From: a virus
Lineage: Duplodnaviria > Caudoviricetes
Direction: 5' to 3' (one strand)
Length of the DNA stretch: 54,561 nucleotides
IMG/VR virus record: IMGVR_UViG_3300009103_000042
Location: 1 to 54,561 of that record
The notes beneath the pieces were generated by a model that worked only from the letters and a program-made list of their open reading frames with translations, did no database searches and was not told the origin of the DNA. The position numbers and the translations under genes are program-made. Shown here one piece after another: positions 27,601-40,700 of the stretch; position 1 is the first letter of the stretch; each line of letters begins with the position of its first letter.

Positions 27601-28738
27601 GTATAATATCTGTTGTAGCATTTTTTATTCTTTGTATTTTATTTTGCAAGGTTTGCCATCTATTCCTATCTCCTTTAAGTTGACTTTGTTTGCTCCTTAA
27701 CTCTTCAACAAGACTTAATTGCTTTTTTACAAAATCATCTAATTCATTATACCCTGTTTTTTCAACTCCTACTGGCAACTGCTTAAGAAATTCTGAAGAT
27801 TTTTCTCCGGTTTGTAGTAGAGCTATTTCTCCAGTATAAAAGTTTCCTGGTTCTATCCCTACTCTGGCTTTTTTAGATTTAAGTTTATATTGTACATGTA
27901 CAGGAATAACTCTAGTTTGCCTTACATCAGATACCCCATAAGATTCTTTTAGTATTCTTTTATATTCCTGTATTTGAATTCTAAAAGCCTCCTCTTTTCC
28001 AAAAGGAATAAATTCTTTAATTATCTTTGTTTTGGAACCATACCCAGTTACATATTCTGCAAAAGGAGACATTGATTTCCAATCATATATACTTGCAGTA
28101 TTATCACTAAATACTGCCAATAGATCTATAGTTCCTCCAATATCAAATACTGGATCTATAACAGTCTGTTCAGTGATGATTTTAACTTTTCCTTTTTCTC
28201 CTGTTCTCCTGTTTATTGCTCTTTGCTGTTCATATATTTGCTTAACTACATCTCCTACCTCTTTGTAAAAATTATTAAACTGTGTTGTGCTTATCTTATA
28301 AGAACTAGTTCTAGCTAATTCTCTTAGTCTTGATTTTGATTTTTGTTTTCCATATACTATGTCTTCAACTATCTCTTGTGCTAAAGCATGTATAAAAACT
28401 CCCCCTTCTCTTTTTAATTTATTGTCTGGTAATTGAGACATTCTTTCTATCTCTTCCTCTGTTTTATATCTTTTAAAAGTTCTTTTAGCTAATTCACTGA
28501 CTCTTCTTCTAGCAGCAATGGCTCCAGTTTCTAATATGGTGTATAATGGTTTTATTATTTCCTTCCCCTTTTCAAATACTTTGTGCTCTTCTATTCCTAT
28601 TAGATCTGAAGTATGTTCCAGCCTTTTAACAGTCTCTTCTGCAGTTTGATCAGGAAGTACATTGAAAAAAGTTTCTCTGTCTTTTATCATATTACTAGCC
28701 TCCTGGGGGGAGGGAGTAATGGTTACACATTCTGCCAT
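24686..28738 (-). CDS. Large virion cargo/ejection protein with N-terminal PD-(D/E)XK nuclease-like domain
   Basis: GGVFIH...EQTV...GGTIDLL...IYDWKS...QIQEY; long helical body; C-terminal hydrophobic segment (VVIGFLALIAFLGA); follows the RNAP gene. Confidence 0.7.
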   Translation of the reverse strand: MAECVTITPSPQEASNMIKDRETFFNVLPDQTAEETVKRLEHTSDLIGIEEHKVFEKGKEIIKPLYTILETGAIAARRRVSELAKRTFKRYKTEEEIERMSQLPDNKLKREGGVFIHALAQEIVEDIVYGKQKSKSRLRELARTSSYKISTTQFNNFYKEVGDVVKQIYEQQRAINRRTGEKGKVKIITEQTVIDPVFDIGGTIDLLAVFSDNTASIYDWKSMSPFAEYVTGYGSKTKIIKEFIPFGKEEAFRIQIQEYKRILKESYGVSDVRQTRVIPVHVQYKLKSKKARVGIEPGNFYTGEIALLQTGEKSSEFLKQLPVGVEKTGYNELDDFVKKQLSLVEELRSKQSQLKGDRNRWQTLQNKIQRIKNATTDIILEQNFVELYSVIDFLITDFEENSENMSLEELEELEKELNVYGGIIESTDEWIQDLSDKDKKEEIQDIIDDNVPAIQRTLARIKSRILEESVADINEEYKDSSGKLKAQAEEGFMKRMFGRLSEFSHPIFKKFSELKDNAIYKKREALKMLGQEIEDKQNALFNWGKTRGYNKTQTFDLLINKETGNLYSHLSKEFWDTYNNAIKSRDIKWLKSVYLFKNKKEWKEEYNERLNQQKAYLKAKHNNLKVWKDKAGNVLKSKQQLSKAYARDLKNWEKEWNLERYDNAWLNQRNRYHLELKEEVVENNYSSQYKLIKDNKPLLDFYEMFEKNNLIFREILGVNYRDLPPNFLPNIRREMMERMIDGGFDIAGAGREFVNSLNVREEDEFMGYRDPQTGEIEKKIPKLYLNKFLNADGKVNLSEKSFDLGRTLYLFGEMAYNYKYMQEIEAQTLGLKLAMEKTKHMAKGTRGNILKDVLGEKAELSQGKASNMYKLFEAFTDFYLYGIKYTQRGTTANILGKEVNSTKALLAAKNFFGMKILGFAVIPGTAAWIAGRTAAYLEAKKGITYTEEQMADTMKMWATEREKYMAISNFFDIHVEEMSYRKAMELTSKKSVEWLNSRTLFSPLRKADENIDNHVLVAMSHNYGFDKEGNLKRLTNLPEGAKSIAESFKVNKETGEISVDGITQNGYMAFRNAAKATSVSIKGAISEEDTNYANLNLWANLVMQFKTWMPGLLKERFGTLYFDERIDAARYGRYQAVFSEFQYEDGMGLMKFIGNVVVPNLVRLTIDLGTFGYAQGLLGRVDEKRAKLFYNKWKLENPEEAKNLTFEAFLEVKQAQVRAALVEARVVIGFLALIAFLGAEGDDDEPRYMKTWLGRTLYKTLNRAHSEITFALTPSELIRLVKSPLPMAGLLTDVYKTLKNTVDEGYHFVTGTPDPYDKTPFFYYSSQWIIGMSQLRRLVEMFEQDKKSPY

Positions 28739-28741
28739 TTT

Positions 28742-31700
28742 TTATCTTTTACATTTAATTTCTATATGCCCACTAGCCATGTATTCTATGATAGCTTCCC
28801 TTTCTTCTTTTGAGTAGTGTGCAAACTGAGGGAAGTATTCTTCAAAGTTAACCATTAATTCATTCATAGCCTCTGACGATGATGAAACTGGAGAAGAACT
28901 TACTCCACTGATTTGTTTTACATTAGTTATAGTGTTATTTCTTCTCTTGTTATTATTCTCTGCCTCTTTTAATTCTATTTCTTCAATACCAGGTACATTT
29001 TTTCTGGAAGGGTATAAGTTAATTCTAGCCTTCCCTTCCTCTATATTTACTATTTTCGCTTCAATAGAAGGATAGTTTTGACTTATAGTATTTGCTATTC
29101 TTTCTGCTGTTGCATTTGAGAATATTTTGTCTTCGCTGTATTGTTTTCCATCAAACCAGTAAGGATCTTTTTTAAGATATTTTTCACTTGCTTCTTTCTT
29201 TTCTTTTTCAAAAGTCTTATCTGCCTCTAAGGAAGGCATTTCTTCCTCAGCTACTTCCTTACTTACCTCTGGGACTAGATTTGATACATCTGCTTGAAGC
29301 ATTTTATATGCAGATTTTACATAAGGATCAGTTTTTATCTTGGAGAACCAATTTTTAATTAATCTTAGCAGTTGTCCAAACCAAGTATTTAGCTGTGACT
29401 GTTGTCTAGAGCTAAGTGTACTTGAGAATCCTTCATTATCAATATTACCATTCTGGATATCTATTATCTTCTTAGCTATTAATTTACCAACAGCTTCTTC
29501 CTTTATTGCATCTATATCTCCTCCATAATAATCCCCGTATTTTTCTACAGTATCCTGATAAATATCGTAGTTGGTTATATTATCAAACATTGCTTTTTTA
29601 AGGGAACTTTCTTTAGGCAGCATTGCTACAAAAAAGTGGGCAGCTTCTTCAGGTAGTTGATTTAGTCCCTTTTCTCCTTTTGTAATTTGTACTACCTTTT
29701 TAGATAACTTAGCTAAACCATGTGCATTAAGTACTTTTCCTCTTCTATCATATATTCTTGACACTTCCTTAATATCCACTCCTATTGCCTTTAAAAAAGT
29801 CCTCATTCTTTCTTCAACTGCCTGTCCTGCAGGAGACTGAGAAACTTCTGAACCAAATAAAGAAGGCATATCTCTTTTAATATCTCCTTTAGTAGAAGGT
29901 CCTCCTAATAGCCCTGCCTCAGTTAGCATTTCTTTTATTTTAGGTATATTCTTTCTAGTATAGTCTTTTCTTACTGTACCCTGTCTTCCTAAATTAACTC
30001 CAGTTCCTGGAAGTACTAATTTAATATTTGGACTACTTTTTATTGTTTTGATTAATAAAGGCAAAATTTCAGATACACTTCCTTCTCCATGTCCTAGTCC
30101 TGCTAAAGGCAGTAGGTAAGTCTTACTAGGATTTGATCTGGCAGTATTAACTAAACTTTCTAGACCACTTTTAAGTAGATTTATATTATCGTTATCTTTC
30201 ATTGAATCTCTCCAATGTTTTTTAACCGGTAACTGTACTACATTATTAGTTGCTTTAAAGTCACCATCTCCTCTCTTAATTAGGCCCTTAGATGCAGCAA
30301 TTTGGGCTAGTCCTGCACCATGTACTCCCCCTAGGTTGGTAGTAACAACAGGAATTCCTTTTAAATTAAAAATATCTCCTTCTATTACTCTAGTTTTAGT
30401 AATAGATTTTGTTTTTTTCTGTTGTTTTATTTTATCTAATTCTATTGGAGGATCTTTATCTCTTTCTGTTTCTGCTTTCTTAAGATCTTTAGGAGTAGGA
30501 ACTTTCTTTTTCTTTTTAGGAGACTTAACAAAGGATACTTTATTGTAGGATAATATAGAGCTAGGATCAGAATTGTTATAGAATTCGGTAAAATACATTC
30601 CATCTCCTAATTTGCTTACTCTATCGTATACATAAGATCTTCTATTATTAGATAGCAATGGAGTCCCATCTACATTGTAAACTTTCTTAAAAAGATATAT
30701 TTCAGTAGGTATAGTAGCATAGGGTCTTCCTGCCTCTCTTGCTTCTTTTTGTAATTCTCTTACTCTTTGGTAAGATACACTATATCCTTCTACAGATAAG
30801 TAATCCATCCCAGCATCCTTGTCTTTTCTATATATATGTATTCTTGTCTTATTAGGATCATATTTATCAATCTGCTCTCCAGTGTATAAAGTAATTCTAT
30901 TACTCATTACTTTTTTAGCATTTTTTCTTGGTACTACTACAGGATTATTCCAAGATCCTCTGTAGAAGTTAGTTTTGAAATTTTCTAAAAAGTCTTCTAC
31001 GCCATAACTTCTCTTTTTAATATGGGAGTCTATCCATTGATCTATTACTACTTTTGAAGTAGGTTGAAAATATTCTTCTGGGACTATTTTTCCAAACGAT
31101 ATTACAGAAGGAGACACTCCAGACTGTACTAATTGTAATTTCATAAGATCCTTTGCAAATTCTTCCATTTTAGGATTACCAGATTCAAATAATTCTAAGA
31201 AATTAGTAGTCATGCTATTAAGCTCCTCTGTAGTGTATTTTAAATTAAGAAGCTTTATATTATTTAAAGATCTTTTCCTACCTCTTCTTCCAACATATTC
31301 TTCTATAAGAGGAATTAGCTTAGAAAATAACATATTTGATTCTTCCCCTTTAGGAGTTTTTTCCTTTTTTCTTACTTCCTTATCTATCTTTTTAATGTTT
31401 TTAGCAGGAGATTTAGTAGTAAGTAGTAGATCTTCATAGAATTCATTTAAAGATCTTGGTATATCCTTACTATCCTTTTTCCAAATAGAAGAGGTTTGAG
31501 TATGTAGTATAAAGGTAATTAATGCATTTTCTATATTCTGAGCTACTTTATATAAGTCTCTTTCAGACATGTTCGCCTTTTTACTAAGATAAGGAGACAT
31601 CATTTTTGTTAAAAAATCTCCTAAAGTATCTCCTTTTCTATTTATAAGAATATCCCCATACTTATCTGTGAAAAAGAATTCACTATATATAGGAATTACT

Positions 31701-34700
31701 TCTTCTTGAGTTCTATTGTATTCTCTAAGATAAGTTAGGTTTAAGTGGTTTTCTATATCTTTTGGAGATAAGAATTTCTCTTCTTTTAATTTTTCTATTT
31801 TATCTTCTCTTATTTTTAAAGAACTCCTTCTTGCTCCTAAGGCAGCATCAGGTCTCGCTATTTGCTGAAAAGATTTTAAAGATTTAGAAGCTTCTTCGTA
31901 GAATAAAAAATTATCTAATACTTGTAATTGAACTTTTAAATATTCAGGTAATCTATTTCCTTTTTCTATACCATCTTTTACTTTTTTTAGTTTATTCTTT
32001 GAAAGATGAGAATACCTACCCGGTAAAGAATTAAGATATTTTGCCTTTGTTACTAATTTTTCTGCAGTAGATTTTTCAAGTTCAGTTTCCCCTTCTCTCA
32101 TATCTTTATAATGAGTAGACTCAAAGTTTTCTGTATTCCCCCCATAGCTAAATGCAAGATCTTCTATAATATCATTAAAAGATCTATTTCTTCCTGATGC
32201 CTTTAGAAAGATAGAAGAATTAATTTCCCTCTGATGGATTAAATCTTGTATAATAGGCTGTGTGAAAAAATACATCAATGTTTCCAAAGATGCAGGAGTA
32301 GAATTTGAAAATCTTTGAAGCATATTATAAACTGGAAATACATTCTGTCCCATATTTAAAAATCTAATAAAGGGATCTGCAGCTACATCTACATATGCTG
32401 TTAAGAATTCTCCTAGATTATTAGAAATTATTTGGCCATCCATATCTTTAACATGACCCATTAAGTATTTTCCATTTTTACGTTCTTGACCTTCTAGGTA
32501 TATTTCAAAATGGTTGTCTTCTATAGTAATAGGTACTATCTGAGTTAAAGAGTGAGAGGCGGTAGCTATAGCTGCCATTGCTCTTCCTCTAATACCTTCC
32601 CAGTTATTTCTAGCTACCTCCATATTGAAGGACCATTCCATCAAATCTGAATATTTTAGTTCTTTATTTTCAGTTCTAACTTCAGAAGAAAGTCTTTTAA
32701 GAGTTTCAGCGGCTACTGGGTTTAAAAGCTGATCATAGTTTTCAGAGATAAGAATAGTATCTAATGCTATCTCTATCATTCTATTTTCTATAGATTTTTT
32801 AGTATTTAATACTACAGGATTTTTACCCTCATATTTTTCTACAAACTCTGCTTTGGTAGGTATTTTTCCTATTTTTTCTTTCAAATCCTCATAATCCTGA
32901 TACCTATATCCTATTAAGTTTAATTTAGACTTAAATAATTCTATAGTAGTTTCTAGGACCTCTTCTTCTAAAATGTCTAGATCTGTTTCAAATATAGCAG
33001 AAAGTAGTTTGGTAACTTCTGCATTATCTTGACCTGCGACTATTTCAGCATTAGCTCTTAACTCTTCTAATTTCTCAAATCTTCTATTTAAAGCTCCATA
33101 TCTTCTATCATATACTTCTTCTACTCTTTCTTTAGTAAGAGGATCAGTTTGATATTTTACATATTTAGGACCTTTATTAGTCATTTTTGCATTAGGTAGA
33201 TATATTGAAAGTTTATCAATGTCAAAATCAGACCCTGCTTTTATAACTATACCAGTAGGAAGAACTATTTTTTGTCCAAAGTGTGTAGGTAAAAAGTTTT
33301 TTACCTTCATTGCATCTAAACTATGAAGACCATCTGCTGGGATACGATTTCCAGTAATAAGCAGTAATTTTTTATCTATACGAGGATCTCCCTCTTCTAT
33401 CATTTTATTTAAGGCCTCTAGACCCTTATAGGTAGTTTCTCCTGTCTCATACTTCAGGGTGGAGACCCAAGTATTCCATTCTTTAGGTAAGGGAATCTCT
33501 ACTTCCATAGGAGAAATAGTACCATCTTCATTTTTAGTATAGGACTTTAAATAGTTATTAGTGAGAACTTTTTGAGTAGTTCCATCTTTTTTCTTAATAG
33601 TAGTCCATACTCTATCTCCCTTTTCATGCCCTGTAGATGCTTCTTGAACTGCTTGATATCCATTTACTTTAGTAGAAATTACCTTGTTTCTAACTAGTCC
33701 CATTAGAATACTTTCTATATTATCTTTGGTAATAAGAGTATCCATTAATTTATTCTCACTAGTAGTTGCAAGATTCATTCCTTCCATGATATTATAAGGC
33801 ATTTGTCTTCTAGTAAGCTCCTCTAATAATAGTTCTCTAAATTTTGTTGGATCATTATTTACTAGTTTAAATTTTCCAGTTTTAGTCTCCTCTAATCCTA
33901 ATTTAGATATTAGTCTTTCTCTTTCTCTTTTAACATACTCATTAGTTAATCCTTTTCTTTCTTCTCTTAAGTTCTCTATTTTTGATTTTGAATCCTTAGA
34001 TTTCAAATCTATTTTTCCTACATTAAAAAGATCTACAAATAATAGTCTTTCTTGCTGAGTAGCTTTTTTAGTTTTTTCTTTTCCTTTAGGATCTATCTCT
34101 AGCTGTATCCCAAAATCTTGAAAACTCTGTGATTGAATTAAGTTTTCATTAATGGGAGCAGGACTGCCATTTTCATCATAGTAATCTTGTAGTTCTCCTT
34201 TATTATTAACATAAGCTGCAGCTTTCTCTCCAGATATGAATACTCCAATATCTATCTGATTCTCCATCATGTTTAATACTCTCTCAAACATAGGATCTCC
34301 AGACTTAAGTGTAGATAACATTATAGGAGCCAAAGATAGCTTAGTAAAATCAGTAGCTTGAAGATTAGATAAGCCAGTAATATGCCCAAATCCTTGAGGT
34401 TTTATTGGAGGTAATGCAGGAAGATCTCCTAGATTATCTATTATTTCACCTTTATACATAGGAGAAGATGGCATTTTTCCATTAGTATGTTCCCCAAACA
34501 TATTAATAAACATCTCCTTAGTGACAAGATTACGATTAAAATTTCTTTTATTTCTCCACATATTTAAGAAGAAACTTTGCATTTCATATTGGTAAGTTTT
34601 CTCTTCTTCTCTCCAGGTTCCTTGTCTTAGTAATATTTCCCTATGTCCGTCCAAGGTAGTTCTTCCTTGAGCATCTCCTTCTGTAGCTATTTCTCCAGGA

Positions 34701-37700
34701 TATTCTTCTGGTATTGCATCTGCATCAGTATATACTATTTTTCTAGCATTTCCATCATAAATTTTTCCATCAGCTCTGGTGTATTCTTTATTTAAAGCTA
34801 TTTCAAATGACCCTCCATTTCTGGAAGATTGACGAGTAGAAGCAGCTCCTGTAGTTCTTTTATGGAAAGCTTCTATACTTGCAAACATAGCAGGATCTCC
34901 AGTGAATATTTTAGTTTGTTCTATGTTAGCTTTTAAAGAAGCATAACTAAAAATATCCGTTATAATATTTAATTGTTCTTCAGTAATTTCTTTTGGATCT
35001 AGTCCTAAGTTAGATATGATATCGGTATCTATACCATTTGATCTATAGACATCTCCAAGGTTATCAATAACTCTATTATTTAATAGTTTCTCTTTTATTC
35101 TTGTTTTAGAATCATTAAAATAAATAGATAATCTTCTTTCTATTAATCTTTCTTTATTTCTTACAAACTTTTCAGTTATTTTTTGAAGATCATTTAAGTC
35201 TTGTATCTCTTCAGTAGTTATTCTAGATTTGAAATCTTCTATAAATCCATCAGGTAATATGCTCTTAAAGAATCTTAAATCTTGCCCATTCTCCCTATAG
35301 TTCTTTACATTTTCTCCTATACCAAACTTCACTAATCCTCCTACAGTTAATAATTCATCTATAAGATACTTCTTAAAGTCATATAGAAAGTCTCCTAAAT
35401 CCGCAGAGTAATCTACTTCTTCCCCTTCTATTTTAAAAGCATATTCTAATTTTCTATCTGCAGCTCTGAGAAAAGGAAACATTCCTTTCATTGTAGTATT
35501 AAAAGACATTGCCACAAAATCTGCATGTGTAAGGTTAGAAGTATCTATACCAGTATCTGTCATTTCCTTCATCCCTCTTAGCAATACTAATTGGATTTCT
35601 TTTCCTTCTTTTATTTTAGATATCCAATCAGAATTAGTACTATATAGATTTCCATTAGGATTATTTTCACTAAAAGGCAGTAAAATGTCTTCTACAGATT
35701 CTAAGTACTGATCTATGAGTAATTGAGAATCTGGTTTTCCTTTAAGTTCTTTTACTTTCCTGGCAATTCTGTTTAGTCGATGTATAATATTAGAAAGAGA
35801 AGAATTTAAAGTAACAGAATATTCAGTCTTCCCTTCCTGATTAACATATTGTAGGTCCACAATTTCTCCACTTAAAGAGGATAAATACTCTACCATTTCC
35901 CCTATCCTGCCTGTAACATCCAGTCCTTCCTTTGTAAATATGTCATCTATAGATACTTTCTCTCCTTTTCCTAATTTTTCTTGTATTGTAGTTATAATCC
36001 AATCTACTCCATTTAATTTTCCTACATCTGTTAATTCAGAAAAAGCTACTGGTATATCTAGTCCCATGGCTAGAAGTAAAGAGTACTGATCTTCTGGAGT
36101 AATCTTAGCGGTGTCTAATTCTTCTATAGTTCCAGACTGCCTGGATAAAGTTATCTTCTTATTTTTATCTATGATAATTCCTCCGTAATATCCTTTTTTA
36201 AATAACGTATTTTTTAAATCTTGCGCTTTTATATTGTTTCTCCATTCATCTAATAATTTAGTTGAGCTGGAAGAATTAACTGCATCTTTTAAAATTAAAC
36301 TACCATCCCTTGTAACTAAAGTTATGTAAGGGTTATTCTTATTCATATTAAAATGATTAAAGAACTGGGTCTGGAGTATTATATCATCTTTAGATAAGTT
36401 TCTCTGAGGAACATTTAATTTTAACCAGTCTATAAGGGCAGAAAATTCTGGATTTTTATAAGACATTTCTAATATCTTAGCTATAACCTCTTCTTCGTTT
36501 AATCCTATTAATTCATTTTGCAATTTATTAATAGTATTTCCATATCTAACAGTGGCATTTGCTAAATATTTACCTATTTTTTTCTCTTTAAATTTTCTTT
36601 TAGGGGTAACTACATCATATCTTTTCTCAATTCGTGCTCTTTCTTCTTTAGTTTTTGCTTTCTTTAATTTCTCTATATATAAACTATAGTAAGTTTCTTT
36701 TCCTGTTTCAGTATCAATTACTTTACCTTTTACTTCCTCTAGTTTCTTTTGTAGTAGTTCTATTTCTTTTTGAACATTTTTTGGAGATTTAGCTCTCTTT
36801 AATTTTTGCTCTAGGAGTGCTATTTCTTCCTCCAAAGAATCTGAGGTTAGTTCTTCTTTAAGAGATAAACCTGCAATTATAAGTTTAATGGCAGGAGGCA
36901 TTATAGCTTTAGCAGAAGTAGTATTACTTTCTGTCCACCCTCTATTATCTCTTGTTTCTCTTTCAGCTGCAGTTTCAGGATCTTCTCTTAGATCTTCTAG
37001 TAAATCACCTTGTATTCCAACTCCATACTGTTTTAAGAAGTTAATATGTTCTTCTCTTATATTTCTAAAATTATCCACTATATCAGAAACAAGCTGCTTT
37101 CTTCCTAAATCTTTAGGTTCTTTTCTTTTATTTAAAGTGTCTAGTTCTTTCATATAGGATAAAAGAGTATTTATCCATATATTTTTTAATGTACTTTCAT
37201 TGAAATCTAGAAGCTGTGTAGAAGCATTTTCTCCTTTATTATTTAATAGCTGGTCAAAAAATTTATAATTAAAATCCTTGATCAGTGTCAAAGAGTAAGT
37301 TTCATTAAAAGGTTCTTGTTCTGATACAACTGATTCTCCTTTACTATTTGTAGTAACTATTTTTTCTCTAGGTATTCTATCAAGTTCTTTTATAAGCTCA
37401 CCTTTTCTATTTGATAATTCATAACTTGGAGTATCTGCAATATCTTTAAATATCTGTTCTAATGTATAAGGAGCTTCATTCTTTTTTCCTCTTAGAGTAT
37501 TAAAAAAATCTTTTATAAAGTTCCATATTGTTTGGAATAAGCTTTTTTCTTCTTTTGCAGATTCAGGAAAAGTATAATTTCCTTCTGCTAACATGAAAGA
37601 TCTAAACTCTTCTGCTAAAAATTCCTCTGCTTGATCATCTGTAAGGTTTTCTCCTTCTACTTCTATATATTCAGTACCTTCTTCATTGTATGTTCTTACT

Positions 37701-40700
37701 TTTTGTCCTTTTAGTCTTTCTCTGACTTCCTGATACATAGCTTCTCTTTCTGCAGGATCCATAAATATTTGAGTAACTATATGGAAAGCTTCATGAAATA
37801 AAGTACCTTCAGTAGCAATATCAGATAATAATACTTGTAAACTAGTCGTTAATCTTCCATAGCTTCTTCCTCCTATTAATCCTGCAATATTAATTATAGG
37901 AACTTCAGGATATTTTTGTCTGAACCACTCTATTTCTTTAGAGTTCATTACCTTTTCTAGTCTATTAAGATCCGCAAGTCTGTCTCTATCTTCTACATCA
38001 TCTTCCTCATCTTTATTATTCTCGTATTTTTCTTCTGCTTCCTTTCTAGATAATCCCCCCATCTCCATCATTAATTTGATAGCTTTTTCTTTACTTTCGT
38101 CTACTTGTCTCTTCTTTTGATTCCCCATTCTTTCTTCTAGACTCCATTTTCTATCCCAAGCTTTTTTAGCCTCTTCTTCAGTATACTTACCAGTTCTCAT
38201 TATATTAGTTAAGAATATATCATAGTATTCTTCAGTATTTTCTGTTGCTAATCTTAACTCTTCTCTTAAAGGATTTTTATGGTAATTTTGACTTACAGCA
38301 ACAGTACTAGCAAATCCACTTTCTACAGCATCATCCATTGAAGAAGGCACAAAAATATCTGTTGCTGATGATATAGCATCTGATGAAATTTCTCCTTCCC
38401 CTTCAATAGTTAATTTTGTATCTCCCCTCTCTACGATAACTCTATTCTTCCTTGATCCTGTTCCCCGTCTTCCTGTCCCTCTTCTTCCTCTTCCTCTTCC
38501 TTTATATTTTGTATTTTTAGCTATTGATGCTGCTTTAGTTTTTTCGTTTTTCTTATACTCAGGACTCGTTACTCTAGCTGATTTTACCTCTACATTTTCA
38601 CTTAGTTCTAGAGAACTATTTAAATACTGAGGCATTGAAGGATCTCCTAAGGGGGGTACATTAGTAGTAAATTTAGCAGTTCCTGCAGAGGTACCATCGT
38701 CTTCCTCTGCTAGTAAGTATCCTAAATATCCTCCTTCTTTTTTAGTATACTCCCTCTCATTTAAGCCCTTACTTAAGTCATTAGGATCAACAACTTCAAA
38801 TACTGAGTATTTAGATTTATTTTTTCCTAATGCTCTAACTTCAGCGTGATGATATTTTGAATTTAAAAATTCTCTTAGCTCTTCTACTTTAGCTCCTTCT
38901 CTATTATTTACTAACTCTGATACACTTATCTTATTAGCTCCAAAGTACAAAGTACTAGGAGTCATATAAATTTTATAAGGAAAGTCTTGAGGCTTTTTAT
39001 CAGATTTAGGATAGTTAAAATACATTACTGATCCTAAATTTTCCCTCAGCATTTCTACTAATTGTTTAGTAGAAGAGTCTTCAGAGGTCCTATCTAAGCG
39101 AGCATAATACCTTAAAAGGTCCAAAACTCTTTCTGTTTCTCCACTTTCCTCTAATGTTTTAGGCTTTAGATATTCTACTCTTCCTTGATTTATTACATAG
39201 AAGGCACCCTTCTTAAGGGGATATACTCTTCCCCCAATAGTTTCTGAAGTTTTAGTAGCTACAAATACATTTCCTTCTGATTGTAATTTCTCTAAATCTT
39301 CTTGGGTTTCTACTATTCTTGTTTCTACAGGTCCCCATGGTACTTCGGCATCTATTTGTTTAGCTCCAGGATTTTTATAAGCTATTCCCATTTCCAGAGG
39401 CTTTACAGTCCTTCCAGATTCTTCTGGGAAAAATTGCTGTCTCCATTCTAGCCATAGAATTCCTTCTTCTTTCTTTCTTTTTGCTAACCTAGACTCTACT
39501 TTCTTTTCAATATCATTATCTACTACAGCTTTTTCTTCTTCGTCTAGTTTATCATAATTTTCTATATTCTTTTTTATCCTATTTCTTTCTGTTTCTTTAT
39601 ACTTCTCATAACTAAATCTTTCATATCCAGATTCTTTAGTGTAAAGAGTTTCTACTACTCCAGAAGGTAAACTAGTGAATACTGCTCTGGTATCTCCTTC
39701 TTCTCCTACTTCAAATACAGGATCTTTGCTTTTCTTATTTACTACTACTACTTTCAGTTCTTTTTCTTCTCTAATAGCATTTAAAGCTTCTATCCTTTCT
39801 TCTCCTGTTAATTCTTTTATCTGTGATTTTGTAAGCTGTGCTCCCTCTCCCCTAAATCCTCTTACAAAGAAGGTTACATAATCCTCTAATTTGGGGTCTA
39901 ATATATCATAGGAATATATCATAGTTGATCTTGTCCCAGAAGCAGGATCATACTCTTCTAACCATTTAAACCATGCTCCTACATTAGGATCATAGTTAGG
40001 ACTATCAGGATCTGCCAATTCTTGATTGGAAGCAGTTCTGAAAAAAGATTTCCAGTCATAAAATGGAGGAAGAGCACTCTTATTTACAGGAATTTCAGGA
40101 TTATAAAATTCTTCTTCAGCTTTCTCCATAGCTTTATCATAGCTACTTTCAGGAGAAGAAGCATCCTCTTTCCCTAATATTACATCTTCTGGATCTATCT
40201 TAGGCTGTTCAATTACTCCTTTTGCAAGATTTAAATATTCTTGATAGAATCTTTTTAAAGCAGCTTTTTTATGTCTTAATGCTTTTTCTAAACTACCTTC
40301 TATTAATACCCCTGTAGCAGGATTTACTCTGTTTAATTTAGATTTATATTCTAATAATTTTTTATTAAGTTCCTCCAGCTGTGCCTCTTTTACTTGTATC
40401 TTATCTTCAATTTTCTCTATTCCTCTTTTTCTTCCTTCCATGGAAGCTCCTAAAATAGCATCTACCTGTTCTCTTAATCCCTCATTAGCTGCTATTTCAT
40501 CAATACTTTCTATATTTAAAATAGGAACTCCTGTAGGAAAGAAAGTTTCTAACGCTTTCTTATATAAAGTATAGGCCCCTTTTAGAAGAGCTTTTAGCTT
40601 ACCTAATGCTCCTTCTACTGTTTTTATCTTTGCTTCTGTAGCTTTAATGATCTCTGACCATTCTTCTATCTCTTGAGTAATTTCTTCTAGTAGTTTTTCA

